Below, one piece after another: positions 21,450-34,500 of a DNA stretch of 64,000 nt; position 1 is the stretch's first letter, and every line of letters starts with the position of its first letter. The notes beneath the pieces were generated by a model, which ran no database searches, was not told where the DNA came from, and worked only from the letters and a program-made list of their open reading frames with translations. The position numbers and the translations under genes are program-made. The stretch is from Chrysomallon squamiferum (Eukaryota; Animalia; Mollusca): the NCBI GenBank assembly GCA_012295275.1, contig CM022667.1, forward strand, positions 15,004,001-15,068,000, in the 5' to 3' direction.

Positions 21450-22574
21450 ATTGGCTGAACTGTAAACAATAATAGAATGATTTCTAAAATATATAAAAAA
21501 AAAATGACATAAGATAAAATAAAATTCAGAACCATAACGAAAAAAAAAGAAGAATCCACTGCCAATACTTCATGGTCTACTCTTTCGTATTAACAACAAG
21601 TGATGTTTCATTTACTCCTACCCACAGACTGTTCATACAATTTGATACATCAAGTGTTGAGCACTGCAAAAATGAAAACAACTTAGCGCATTCCCAACTT
21701 TTGTTCTATAAATATATTCCTGAAAGTATTTTAAATTCATAAAATGAGAACTTTCTTAATAAATGTCCTCATTTTTTAAACAGTGATGTCAGATTGTTAT
21801 ACAAAAATACTCATGAAGACATCATTAACACAACACTGTTAGTGTGAAAACTTAATACTGTTGTAATTAATTACTTTTATATCATAGTAGAATCAGTTCA
21901 TTCATAACATTTTATAATAATTGTGGAATACTTTATATCAGGGTGACAAGATTGTTACATCTGTAAAATAAATATTATAATGATTATTCTTCTCTATTCT
22001 GTCTTCTTGTATAAACATTTTGAGAATTTGAAGAATTTTTCCATTCCAAACCTTGATCACTTCATGATTTCATGTTAATTACCAGATACACTTCAAATTG
22101 TCATCTTAGCAAACCACCAAATGGGAGTGACATCTATAGTTAGTACAGAATTGAATCATTATCATATTATGTACAAAGACTATTTTTATTTTTAAAAGTT
22201 GATTTCTCCACCCTATACATGCATATATTTGGAAAAATAAATTATAATGCTTTAAAGCTATTTCATGCAGTTAAACATTATTTTACAGTAATTACAATAA
22301 CTTATTGTGCTTGAACATCTTAGATGTAAATGTTTTTTCAAAATAATACTAATAGTCATTATTCTGTTTATAAGTAGGTTGATATGTATCGTAAACATTC
22401 TACAGCTAATTTAATTATTTATGACAGATTGAAGATGTATACACAAACACACAGCTCCACCCAAACAAGCTTTTCCTTTACTAGACTATGAGAAGACAAA
22501 TTATGTAAAAATAAAAACTGTATTTATGCTTCAAAATGTTTTGGTGAAAGTTGGTGTCACTTAACTGAAGTTAC

Positions 22575-22592
22575 TTGTTTTGATACTACTTG
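22575..22592 (-). other. Putative 18-nt 5'UTR microexon of copy A (paralogue at 47227-47244)
   Basis: ttttcag|CAAGTAGTATCAAAACAA|gtaac is identical in both copies. If spliced in, it places an in-frame TAG upstream of the ATG. Confidence 0.35.
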
Positions 22593-24889
22593 CTGAAAAC
22601 TGATTAAATATTTGAAGAAACTGAAGAAATTTATTGAAATTATTGTTACGTTTAATTATCTGATGAAATAATTTTACATTTCCCTACATAGAATTTCAGT
22701 GTAAAAATCAGGAAATTTGTCAAAAACCGATGTTACACATTTTGTTTCTGCCATAAAATGTAAATATTTAGATAAAAAAAAAAAGAAAAGAAAGAAAAAA
22801 GAAAAAAAGATATAGAAAGCAAATTACAGGTATGTGAAATTATTATTATAATTATTATTATTATTATTATTATTTAATAAAAAGTCAAATTCACGAATTA
22901 AAAATATATCCTTTACTATTATTATTAGAAGTAGTATTATTATTAGTAGTCACATCTTCGGAACACCAGACCGATAATACGATATAATTTATGAAATATC
23001 TGAATGTGACAAGTGATACATACACTCACAATAAACTATTTAAAAAAGAAAAATAAAAGATAGAAATAAATAAATAAATAAGTAAATAAATAAATAAACT
23101 GAAAAATCACATTCAGCGCACATGACAAAAACTTTCCATTAAAACATTTATTTTTAATAATGGCCAAAATTTATTATTCTATAATAGAAACAATAATAAG
23201 CATTGGCAAAGAAATAAAGTCTGTTCTTTACGAACTGTGTCTACCAAATGTGTCTACCTGAAAAGGTTACATAACAGTTACCTTGAACAGTGAGCTTGTT
23301 TCTTCAAAATCTAACGACTGATAAAACTGAGTATTCATGCTAAACCTTTCATTCTCATTTACCGAATCAGTTGATCGCAATAATGTAATTTAATAAATAA
23401 CTTCATTTCTAATGTCACAAATAACACTAATGACAAGATATTCCAAAATAAGAACAAAATCAACTAAAGAATACAATTGTATTGAGGAATAGGCTCCAAC
23501 AGAAACCAAATCAGTGTGTGTGTGTGCGTGTGTGCCGACTTCTCACCGATAGAAACAAAGTGAATACCAAATAGATATATTATTTTATTTATTTATTTAT
23601 ATTTTAATCAAATAAAATAATATCATTATTTTTATACTGTGAAATAAATAAATAATCAGTAGTCACTACAAAAAAGGAAAACAAAGAAAAAAAAAGAAGG
23701 AAACTATAAGCTTTCTTTACCTGCAGAAGAAACGCAAGTAAATAAACAGTGAATTGTCACTACAAAAACAATATAGTATACTTTTTCTTACCTGCAGTGG
23801 AATCGAAGTCAATAAAGTTAATAATCACAACAAAAAAAAAACCCAATATAGTATAAGTTTCCCTTACTTGCAATAGAAACGAAAGTAAAACTCTGAACTT
23901 TTCAACTACTGAACTGACTCAAATACAGGTACTTTGCATTTCACTGCGCATGTGCCCGTTTCTGGGTAATAGAGGTATTTCACATGTTTATGTGTGTGTC
24001 TGCTTCTCTTTGTATGAAGCAATAAATAATAATAATAATAATAAAATGTTTGTGATATTTAGGATTGCACATGAAAAGAAACAACTGGTTACTGGTTTTA
24101 CATATCAGCTGCAGCTTGTATTCTATGTCTGATAAATTTAAAAGAGAAACAAAACATTGTAGGGTAACATCTCACACTTAATTTTAGTCTCCAACAGAAA
24201 CCAGATTTATATATATGTGTATGTGTGTGTGTGAGTTTAATTATCAAGCCAACAAATAAAACAAATTTTCTTAATCAATCAGTAATTAATAAAGAAAGTG
24301 ACAAAAGAAAGAAAGAAAGAAAGAAAGAAAAAGAAGAAGAAAAGCAAAAAGAAAGAAAACAGGAACATTATGACGATAATGACAAGGACGAAAAAATAAT
24401 AATAATAACAAAAACAACAACAATAATAAATAAATAAATAAATAAACAAGAAATATCTGCGCGTACTTCTTGGTATTCTTCTTTGCCGGATGACTCATAA
24501 AGCCAGACGGCGAAGAGTTTTATCTGTTTAACGTCGCTGTTGTATATATTTATTTTAAATTTGAGGAGACAAGAGTGTCCATTGTGAAAACTTCACAATG
24601 TAAAAAAAAAGCTTTAGCACCTAACACTGAACTAGACTTGCTACAAATAAAAAGTCAAATTCATGAATTAAAATATATGCTTTACTATTATTATTTATTA
24701 GTAGTATTAGGATTAGAATTCACATCTTTGGAACACCAGACCGATCATATGATATAATTTATGAAATACCTAAATGTGACAATAATAAACTATTTAAAAA
24801 TAAATAAATAAATAAATAAATAAACAAATAAACAAATAAATAAATAAATAAACTGAAAAATCACGTTCAACGTTCAAGACAAAAACTTT

Positions 24890-25375
24890 CTATTAAAACA
24901 TTTATTTTTAATAATGGCCAAAATATATTTTCTATAATAAAACAAGTTACAAACTTTTGTGAAGAAATAAAGCCTATTCTTTCCTAACTCGTACCTGTGT
25001 GAACTTGACCAATGAGTTTGTTTCTTTTAAAATCTAACGACACAGAAAACAGTATTAAAAATAAACTGTTCATTCTCAAACATCACCTAAGCAACTGATA
25101 TTTTACTATTTCTGTCTTAATTCATCGCAATAATGTAATTTAATAAATAATTTCATTTAATGAAAACAAGAAATTTAACAATAAAATACGTTCAATCTTT
25201 CATAACCCCCTTGTCAAAATTAATATTAATAACAAGATATTTCACATTAAACAGTTACTGAAATAATAATTTCAAAAACAAAACAGAACAAGAAAGAAAA
25301 GACAATAACAAGAACAAAATCAACTAATAAATACAGTTGTAATAAGGAACAGCCTACAACAGAAACCAGATTAAT

Positions 25376-25433
<58 letters not shown>

Positions 25434-27475
25434 CGACTTCTTGCCGGTAGAAAAAAGTGTACCTGCAGTAGAAATACAAGTAAAACTCGAAACTTGTCAA
25501 CTAATGACGTGACCCATTTTACTGTGTTTGTACCCGTTGCTCGGTAATAGAGGTATATCGTATTTCACTGTGCTTCTGCCCGTTGCTGGGTAATAGAGGT
25601 ATATCGTATTTCACTGTGCTTCTGCCCGTTGCTGGGTAATAGAGATATATCGAATTTCACTGTGCTTCTGCCCGTTGCTGGGTAATAGAGGTATTTCACA
25701 TGTTTATGTGTGTGTCTGCTTCTGTTTGTGTGTAATAGTTAGTAATTAAAAAAACAGAACATTTACAAACTTACAATTCAGTTTAACCCATCTTTAGACA
25801 TTAGCTGTTGTAACAATAAAATACATGAACCCAGCTGTCTGTCACTGACCATACAACTCTTCAGTCCTGTCGATAGAACAATACAAAACATAAATGTTTT
25901 CAGATTTTATTTATTAATGTCTGTGTCAGTTTTCATTTCGAAAATAAAATAAATTAGAATAAAAACATTTTCATTTCAGAAAACAAATAAATAAATAAAT
26001 AATCCTGACTCTCAAAAACTGAATGTTTTAATTAGAAATTGTTGTTACGTTTAATTTTTCTGATGAAGTAATTTTACCTTTCCTTACACAGAATTCCAGG
26101 TAAAAAACAGGCAGCTTGTACAAACCTTACTACACTTCAATTTTTTTCCCCAAAAAATCTAAATACCTAGATAGTGAGAAAATGCATTTACCAAGAAATC
26201 AAAAAAAAAAAAAAATAATAATAATAATAATAATAATAATACCAGATAGGAAAAAAAAAAAAAAACAGAAAGACACTGCACTTATGTACAGTTTTAATAC
26301 TGGTCATGTAATTTATCTACACATATGTGGGATTATAATTTGACTAAGACATAGAAAAGTAAATTACAGGTATGTGAAATTAAAATTATTATTAATTTCT
26401 TTTGTTAATACCAGGTTATGAAACATTCAAAATAAACATGATTCTAACTCAGTAAACGTTTTGTTATTCTCTAAAACTGTTGGGTGGGCAAGCACTAAGG
26501 TATTTCTGAGGTTTGAAGTATGTAGAAATTCATTATCTCAATAAACTTGTTTTAACACCCAAACCATTATAACAACAATATTAGTTCGATACCAGTGTCA
26601 GCATTATAAAGAGCTTAGACATACAATATTGGCAAGACGTGACGACTTGATAAATTTATTTTTTGGTACAGACTGAACAATGTAGGATTCCATGATGGAT
26701 ATGTATTTACTTTGACAAATTATGACTTTACAGACATACACAGTGTTCAGTTACTTCTTTAATATCTAACTGCTGGTTAAATCACTTTTTAGTTAAAAAC
26801 ACAACAAACTGAGGTTATTAGAAAATTGCCTTCTGTTGATTTATAGCACATGTTAATGTATAGAAATATGTATTTATAGTGAAAATATATGGTGACTATG
26901 TGACTGATTAAGTATAATTTTGGTACAACTGAAATGACTGGTGTAATTAACTTATTTGTATCACACATACACATAACTTGCATTACTATATCATCTTTAC
27001 TGGATACATATAACTAAACCTAATTCATGTACTTATAGAATGCAGAGAGACGGAACAAGAACTTACAGAAAGATCAAAACATAAGGGAAATAATTCATAA
27101 ACAATAATTAAAATAGGTGAATTTTCGTTAACAAATTGTTAACTATCTGTAATAAAAGTTAAGTTCCGCTAAAGTTCTATAAACAGTACTGATAACTGTT
27201 TTATAATAAAGAGTAGAATTCATTCTTTGTAACTCAACACATAAACATCGGCTGAAGGAAACCAAACACTTTTTGAAAAATCAATGTATCTACGTCTTAT
27301 AAATTTAACAGAGAAATAAAACATTGTGGAGTAACATCTCAGACCTAATCTTAGCCTCCAACAATATATATTGTTATTAATTAATACAAATCTCTATAAT
27401 AATAATAATAAGAAGAAGAAGAAGGAGGAGAAGAAGAAGAAAGATAATTGATAAAATAATAATAATAATAATAAT

Positions 27476-27511
<36 letters not shown>

Positions 27512-28072
27512 TATAATGTAAATAAATATATGAAAAGAAAAAGAATAAACTGAACAATCATATTCACTGCTAAACAAAAATTCTCTACATTAAAATATTT
27601 ATTTTTAATAATGGTCAAATTGTATTTTCTATAATAAAACAAGTAACAAACTTTTGTAAAGAAATAAAGTCTGTTCTTTCCTAACTCGTACCTGTGTGAC
27701 CTTGATCAGTGAGTTTGTTTCTTTTAAAATCTAACGACACAGAAAACTGAGTATTAAAAATAAGCTGTTCATTCTCAAACATCATCTAATCAACTGATAT
27801 TTTACTATTTCTGTCTTAATTCATCGCAATAATGTAATTTAATAAATAATTTCATTTAATGAAAACAAGAAATTTAACAATAAAATACGTTCAATCTTTC
27901 ATGACCCCCTTGTCAAAATTAATATTAATAACAAGATATTTCACATTAAACAGTTACTGAAATAATAATTTCAAAAACAAAACAGAACAAGAAAGAAAAC
28001 ACAATAACAAGAACAAAATCAGCTAATAAACACAACTGTAATAAGGAACAGCCTGTAACAGAAACCAGGTTA

Positions 28073-28110
<38 letters not shown>

Positions 28111-28870
28111 CGACTTCTTGCCGGTAGAAAAAAGTGTACCTGCAATACAAGTAAAACTCGAAACTTGTCAACTAATGACGTGACCCATTCTACTGTGTTT
28201 GTACCCGTTGCTCGGTAATAAAGGTGTATTGCATTCTAATGTGCTTGTACCCTTTGCTGGGTATTAGAGGTATTTCACATTCCACTGTGCTTGTGGTCGT
28301 TGCTGAGTAATAAAGATATATCGCATTCTACTGTACTTGTGCCCGTTGCCGGGTAATAGAGATATTTCACATGTTTGTGTGTGTGTCTGCTTCTGTTTGT
28401 GTGTAATAGTTAGTAATTAAAAAAACAGAACATTTACTTACTTACAATTCAATTTAACCCATCTTTAGACATTAGCTGTTGTAACAATAAAATACATCAA
28501 CCCAGCTGTCTGTCACTGACCATACAGCTCTTCAGTCCTGTCAATAGAACAATACAAAACATAAATGTTTTCAGATTTAATTTATTAATGTATGTGTCAG
28601 TTTTCATTTCGAAAATAAAATAAATTAGAATAAAAACATTTTCATTTCAGAAAACAAAAAAATAAATATAAAATCCTGACTCTCAAAAACTGAAAGTTGT
28701 AAATAGAAATTGTTGTTACGTTTAATTTTTCTGGTGAAGTAATTTTACCTTTCCTTACACAGAATTCCAGGTAAAAAACAGGCAGCTTGTACAAACCTTA
28801 CTACACTTCAATTTTTTCCACAAAAAAATCTAAATACCTAGATAGTGAGAAAATCCATTTACCAAGAAAT

Positions 28871-28908
<38 letters not shown>

Positions 28909-29650
28909 ATAATAATAATAACAATAATACCAGATAGGAAAAAAAAAAAAAAAACCAGAAAGACAATGCACTTATGTACAGTTTTAATACTGGTCAAGTA
29001 ATTTATCTACACATATGTGGGATTACAATTTGACAAAAACATAGAAAAGTAAATTACAGGTATGTGAAATTAAAATTATTATTAATTTCATTTCTTAATA
29101 CCAGGTTATGAAACGTTCAAAATAAACATGATTCTAACTCAGTAAACGTTTTGTTATTCTCTAAAACTGTTGGGTGGGCAAGCACTAAGGTATTTCTGAG
29201 GTTTGAAGTATGTAGAAATTCATTATCTCAATAAACTTGTTTTAACACCCAAACCATTATAACAACAATATTAGTTCGATACCAGTGTCAGCATTATAAA
29301 GAGCTTTGACATACAATATTGGCAAGACGTGACGACTTGATAAATTTATTTTTTGGTACTGACTGAACAATGTAGGATTCCATGATGGATATGTATTTAC
29401 TTTGACAAATTATGACTTTACAGACACAGACATACACAGTGTTCAGTTACTTCTTTAATATCTAACTGCTAGTTAAATCACTTTTTAGTTAAAAACACAA
29501 CAAACTGAGGTTATTAGAAAATTGCCTTCTGTTGATTTATAGCAGTAACAAGTTATTTCACTTGTGTGTGTGTGTGTGTGTGTGTGTGTTAATGTATAGA
29601 AATATGTATTTATAGTGAAAATATATGGTGACTATGTGACTGATTAAGTA
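24890..29650. repeat. ~2.7-kb direct tandem duplication in the copy A 5' intron region
   Basis: 24890-26915 is near-identical to 27590-29650 (for example 26401 vs 29091, offset 2690). Confidence 0.9.
25518..25700. repeat. 46-bp tandem repeat derived from the transposon terminus (second array at ~28190-28370)
   Basis: taatagag at 25545, 25591, 25637 and 25683. Unit AGAGGTATATCGTATTTCACTGTGCTTCTGCCCGTTGCTGGGTAAT resembles the element's left end. Confidence 0.8.
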
Positions 29651-31283
29651 TAAATTTAACAGAGAAATAAAACATTGTGGAGTAACATGTCAGACTTAAT
29701 CTTAGCCTCCAACAATATATATTGTTATTAATTAATACAAATCTCTATAATAATAATAATAATAATAATTAATAGAAATCTCTATAATAAGAAGAAGAAG
29801 AAGAAGAAAAAGAAAAAGCGGAAAAAGAGAAAAGATAAATAATAATAATAATGTAAATAAATATATGAAAAGAAAAAGAATAAACTGAACAATCATATTC
29901 ACTGCCATACAAAAATGTTCTACATTAAACCATTTATTTTTAATAATGGTCAAATTGTATTTTCTATAGTAATAAGTAATAAACACTTGTATTGAAGTAA
30001 AGTCTGTTCTTTCCTAACTCGTGTCTACGTGACTAACCTACAAAGCAGTGACCTTGACCAGTGAGTTTGTTTCTTTTAGAACCGAACGACAGAGAGAACT
30101 GAGTATTAATAATAAACTATTCATTCGCATTTTCCAAATCAACTGATCCCAATAATGTGATTTAATCAATAATTTCATTCAATGAAGACAAGAAATTTAA
30201 CTATAAAATAATTTTAATCTTTCATGATTCCCGTGTCAAAAGTAATATTAATGACAAGATATTCCACATTAAACAGTTACAAAGATAAAAATAATTTCAA
30301 AAACAGTACACACCAACAAAAAAAGGAAAGACTAAAAAGAAGAAAAAAAAAAAAAAGGAAAAAAGATATCAACTAATAAACACAATTGTAATAAGGAACA
30401 GCCTCCAACATAAACCAGATTAATATATGTGTGTGTGTGTGTGTGCTATCAGCGATCTAAAAGCAGTAACCAGTTATTTCCCTCTGTGTTTTTATGGTGT
30501 ATTGTTGTTGCATAATGTATTTAAAATTTGAGAAGACAAGCATGTCCCATAAAAAGTATTATTACTTGAAATTAAACTAGACTTGCTACAAATAAAAAGT
30601 CAAATTCATGAATGAAAAATATATCCGTTATTATTATTATTATTTTGATTATTATTCACATCTTCGGATAAACGATATCATTTTTGAAGTATCTAAATAT
30701 GACAATGATATACATACAATAAATACATAAATAAATAAACTGAACATTCACATTCAGTGCTCAACACAAACACTTTCCATTCAAACTTATTTTTAATAAT
30801 GGCCGAATTTTATTTTCTATATATAAAAAGAAAGTTTGCAAAAGAAATAAAGTCTAATCTTTCCGAGCTCGCGTCTACGCGACAAATCTACAAAGCAGTG
30901 ACCTTGATCACTGAGCTTGTTTTTTTCTTTCTTTCTTTTTTTTTTTAATCGAATGACAGAGCAACCTGCTTATTAATAATAAGCTTTTCATGATCAAACA
31001 TTTACCAAATCAACTGATATCGTACTATTTATCTTTGATTTAATGTCTTAATTCTTCGCAATAATGTAATTTAATAAATGATTTCATTTAATGAAATAAT
31101 TTTAATCTTTCATGATCCCCGTGTCAAAATTAATATTAATGACAAGATATTCCACATTAAAAAGTTACTAAAATAAAAATAATTTCAAAAACAAAACAAC
31201 AATGAAAAAAGAAAATAAAAAGAATAAAGATTAAAATCACCTAATAAACACAATTGTAATAAGGAATAGCCTCCAACAGATTA

Positions 31284-31327
<44 letters not shown>

Positions 31328-31968
31328 CGATTCTCTGCAGTAGAAAAACACTGTTACTCAAATAGATATATTATTTTATTTTATTATATTTTTTTTTTAC
31401 AAATAAAATAAAATAATATAATTAATTTTTATTCTGTGAAATAAATAATCAACAGTGACTATAAAAAAGAAAAAAAAAAATATATATAGTAAAAGTTTCC
31501 CTTACCTGCAGAAGAAACGTAAGTAAATAAACACTCAACAGTCACTGTAAAAAAAACAATCAGTATACTTTTCCATATCTGCAGTAGAAGCACAAGTAAA
31601 CCTTGAAACTTGTCGACTAATGAAGTAACGCAAATAGAGGATTTTATTACCTCAAAAAATATGTATAAAAGTTTTTTTTAATTACAATATTTGTAAGCAT
31701 GTATTTTGCATTCCACTGCGCATGTGCGCGTTGCTGGGTAATTCGAGGACGCAAATAGCCCTACTTGGAAAGTGGGGGGTGAGGGTGGCTGTAAACGCAA
31801 TCATACTGAACTGGGAGGCCATTAATTGTTCCAGTGACAGAAGTGCGGAAAATTCGTTATCTTTCCATCTCTGCATATCTGAGACGTTTGTGGGTAATCG
31901 CTTCGCATAGAAATGAAAATAATAATAATAATAATAATGTTACTGTAGTCAATCTGTACATGTTTTAC

Positions 31969-33373
31969 CTTCGGGTATATTGTTCAGTCCCTGTGCCACA
32001 TAATCCTCTAAGGCAAAGCAGTTACTTGGTTACATGTTTCACCTTGCCTGAAAACAATTATACATTCAGTTGTGATACATGTGTGTTGACATATATTATT
32101 TACAGCAACTTTGTATTCATTTAAATGCTAAATAATTTAAAATTAGTGCATTTATACATCAAAAACCACCTAATTAATAACATGGTTCAGATAACTACAC
32201 AGAACAACCGTTTCAAAATAAACGTTTTTTTTTTTTGGAATGGAATGGAAAAAAAATTAACGTGCTAATCAGAGCAAGCTGACGGGCACGCTTTCTGACA
32301 GGTCGTTTTTTTTTTTATAGGTTTTTGTCTTTTATACTTGTGCATGTTTGTACTAATTACACCTAACAGTAACCGTAATTTGACAACTAATCTATAAGGC
32401 AACAAGTAACTACCATTTGCTTCATAAACAAAAGATTTAATTAATCATGTCACTGTATGTTTTGTTTCTTGAACACAGTGTGTAGTCATGTTGTCAGTGT
32501 TCAGTGAGAGATGTGTCTGCAACAAATACTCTGGCTGTAAATGGTATCACTGCAAAGACTTGCCGAACAAACAAGTTTGTAGTCCGTCTGTGGGGTATGG
32601 GCACCTGCTAACCCTTGATCTGAACCTGAATTGATTTAAGAGCTGGCTTTTCAATTACAGTGGAATGTCGGATTACGAACGCCTCGAAGCACGAACAAAT
32701 CACACTACGGATCTTGGGTAAATTTTGTCTCCGCTTACTACTAATAAGCCGAGTTACGAACTATAGCGAAGCGTCACGACACGACAACCTTTCTTTTGCC
32801 GTCAGAAAAGATAAGCATAGATGCTAACTTCAAAACCGAGGTCAAAGTAAGGATTATAAGCATGACCTGTAGCAAATATATATCATGAATTAGGGCTGTA
32901 ATTTTCAATACGCATTTGCAGCTCAGTAGTTTTTGCATTGAGATTGTGCGTTAGCATTTTTTATAACATTGCTGCTTTTATGTGTATATCTTTTATCATA
33001 CGCTATCCAATATGGCGCCCAAGAAAACAAAAAGTGAAAGCGATAATGATGATGGAAAGTATAAACATATCATAGTAGAGATTAAGAAATAAATAATTGC
33101 AAAACACGAGATTGGCGTCCGTGTTTCTGACATCACTTTGGTCTATGTACAATTCCTTTTACGAACCGAGTTCTGGAACGAACTAAGTTCGTAACCCGAG
33201 GTCCTACTGTATACTGTGTGTGTGTGTACATAAGCATATAGTCTCCCATTTTTGTAGGTGGGGGATTGCAGGCTTGATAAAAGCATTTATGTATGTTAAT
33301 ATTATGCTTATGTATATTCAGAAAAAAGTTAGATATACATATATATATATATATCACACATACGCATATATAT

Positions 33374-33470
<97 letters not shown>

Positions 33471-34134
33471 CTTATACATACATACTATAATGAGACGCAC
33501 ACATACACCTTGACACAGGAGGTTTGACATGGGGGGGTTTTCAATTTTTATGCATGCGTTTCCAGTAAACAAATTATGCATAATTTTATACATACATACA
33601 TACATACACAAAGTATACTGACACGCACACACATGCCCAGATTTTGAGTAGGGGTAGGTATTTATAATATTTATGCTTGCGTTTTCATAATAATCATAAT
33701 AATAATAATAAAATATTATAAATATTTGAAGGAAACTTACCCTGTTACACAGTCGCACGATCCTTCTAGGACTTGTCCATCTTCATTTATACACACATTG
33801 ACATCGTACAGGTTTTTAGTCATCGATGCCATAGCCTGTGCTCTGCAGGTAAACACAGGTCCACGACAGCCAGCATGGTCGTTTACGGTCGTGGATATTA
33901 GTCGCTGCACGTATCCGTCCGAGACATTTTTATAACTTTTCAAACTTTTAAAAAGCTCCTATTGGAATCCTTGTCAAATGTGTTGTTTGTTGTTGTTGGT
34001 TTTTTTGTACTTTTTGATAGATAGTCTTTTAATCTGGCTTTATCAAAAGCCTCGGTACGAGTCGCAGAGACTTTGTCCAAGTTGTTACACTGCTTTTTAA
34101 TTTGAAACCATTCCGAAACTCGAAATATGTACAT
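31969..34134 (-). pseudogene. Degraded spliced SWIM zinc-finger gene of the transposon (exons ~34134-33741 and 32047-31969)
   Basis: …YDVNVCINEDGQVLEGSCDCVTG|gtaag…tttcag|QGETCNQVTAL reconstitutes a CxC…CxH SWIM motif with H>Q. Frameshift near 33945 and a stop after TALP. Confidence 0.7.
32658..33209 (+). mobile_element. Tigger/pogo (Tc1/mariner) internal-deletion derivative nested in the SWIM-gene intron
   Basis: TA|CAGTGGAATGTCGGATTACGAAC…GTTCGTAACCCGAGGTCCTACTG|TA. From 33012 it reads MAPKKTKSE…IIVEIKK*IIAKHEIGVRVSDIT, resembling the CENP-B-type N-terminal HTH of Tigger transposases. Confidence 0.8.
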
Positions 34135-34469
34135 GTTAGTTGGAAAGTTTAAAATCTTCTACGGCCCTACTCAAGTCGCCCATAACAACCTGTTTCTCAT
34201 GCCCCCCAATTTGTAAATAGACTAGTTTCAGGCTATTTTGTCAAGGGGCGTTACTCTTCGGGCGCATGCTCAATAGGAATCCGAAATACCTCTATTTTTC
34301 ACCGTCTGCTCGCTCTGTGAATTATCTGGCAAGGAAGACTACAGGTCTCGGCAGCGAGATTTTGTTTTTCGTACGAACCATTTGCCATTGACGGATGCAC
34401 ATTTGCAAGTCACTTTTATGTAACGGGTGAAGTCGTTATAATATGTGTGTATGTATGTTGGTATGTATG

Positions 34470-34500
<31 letters not shown>

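Larger units (their letters stand above)
31636..34293 (-). mobile_element. ISL2EU-like (PIF/Harbinger-related) DNA transposon derivative with AT target-site duplication
   Basis: caaAT|AGAGG…AAATACCTCT|ATttttcaccgtctgctcgc versus the empty paralogous site ccaaATtcttcgccgtctgctcgc at 50681-50704. Imperfect ~35-bp TIRs (left one interrupted). Carries a SWIM-finger gene remnant. Confidence 0.7.

Noticed and set aside
25518-25700. CRISPR-like array (also 2700-3497 and 57600-57910)
   Set aside because: Contiguous tandem units without unique spacers, no cas genes, eukaryotic context.
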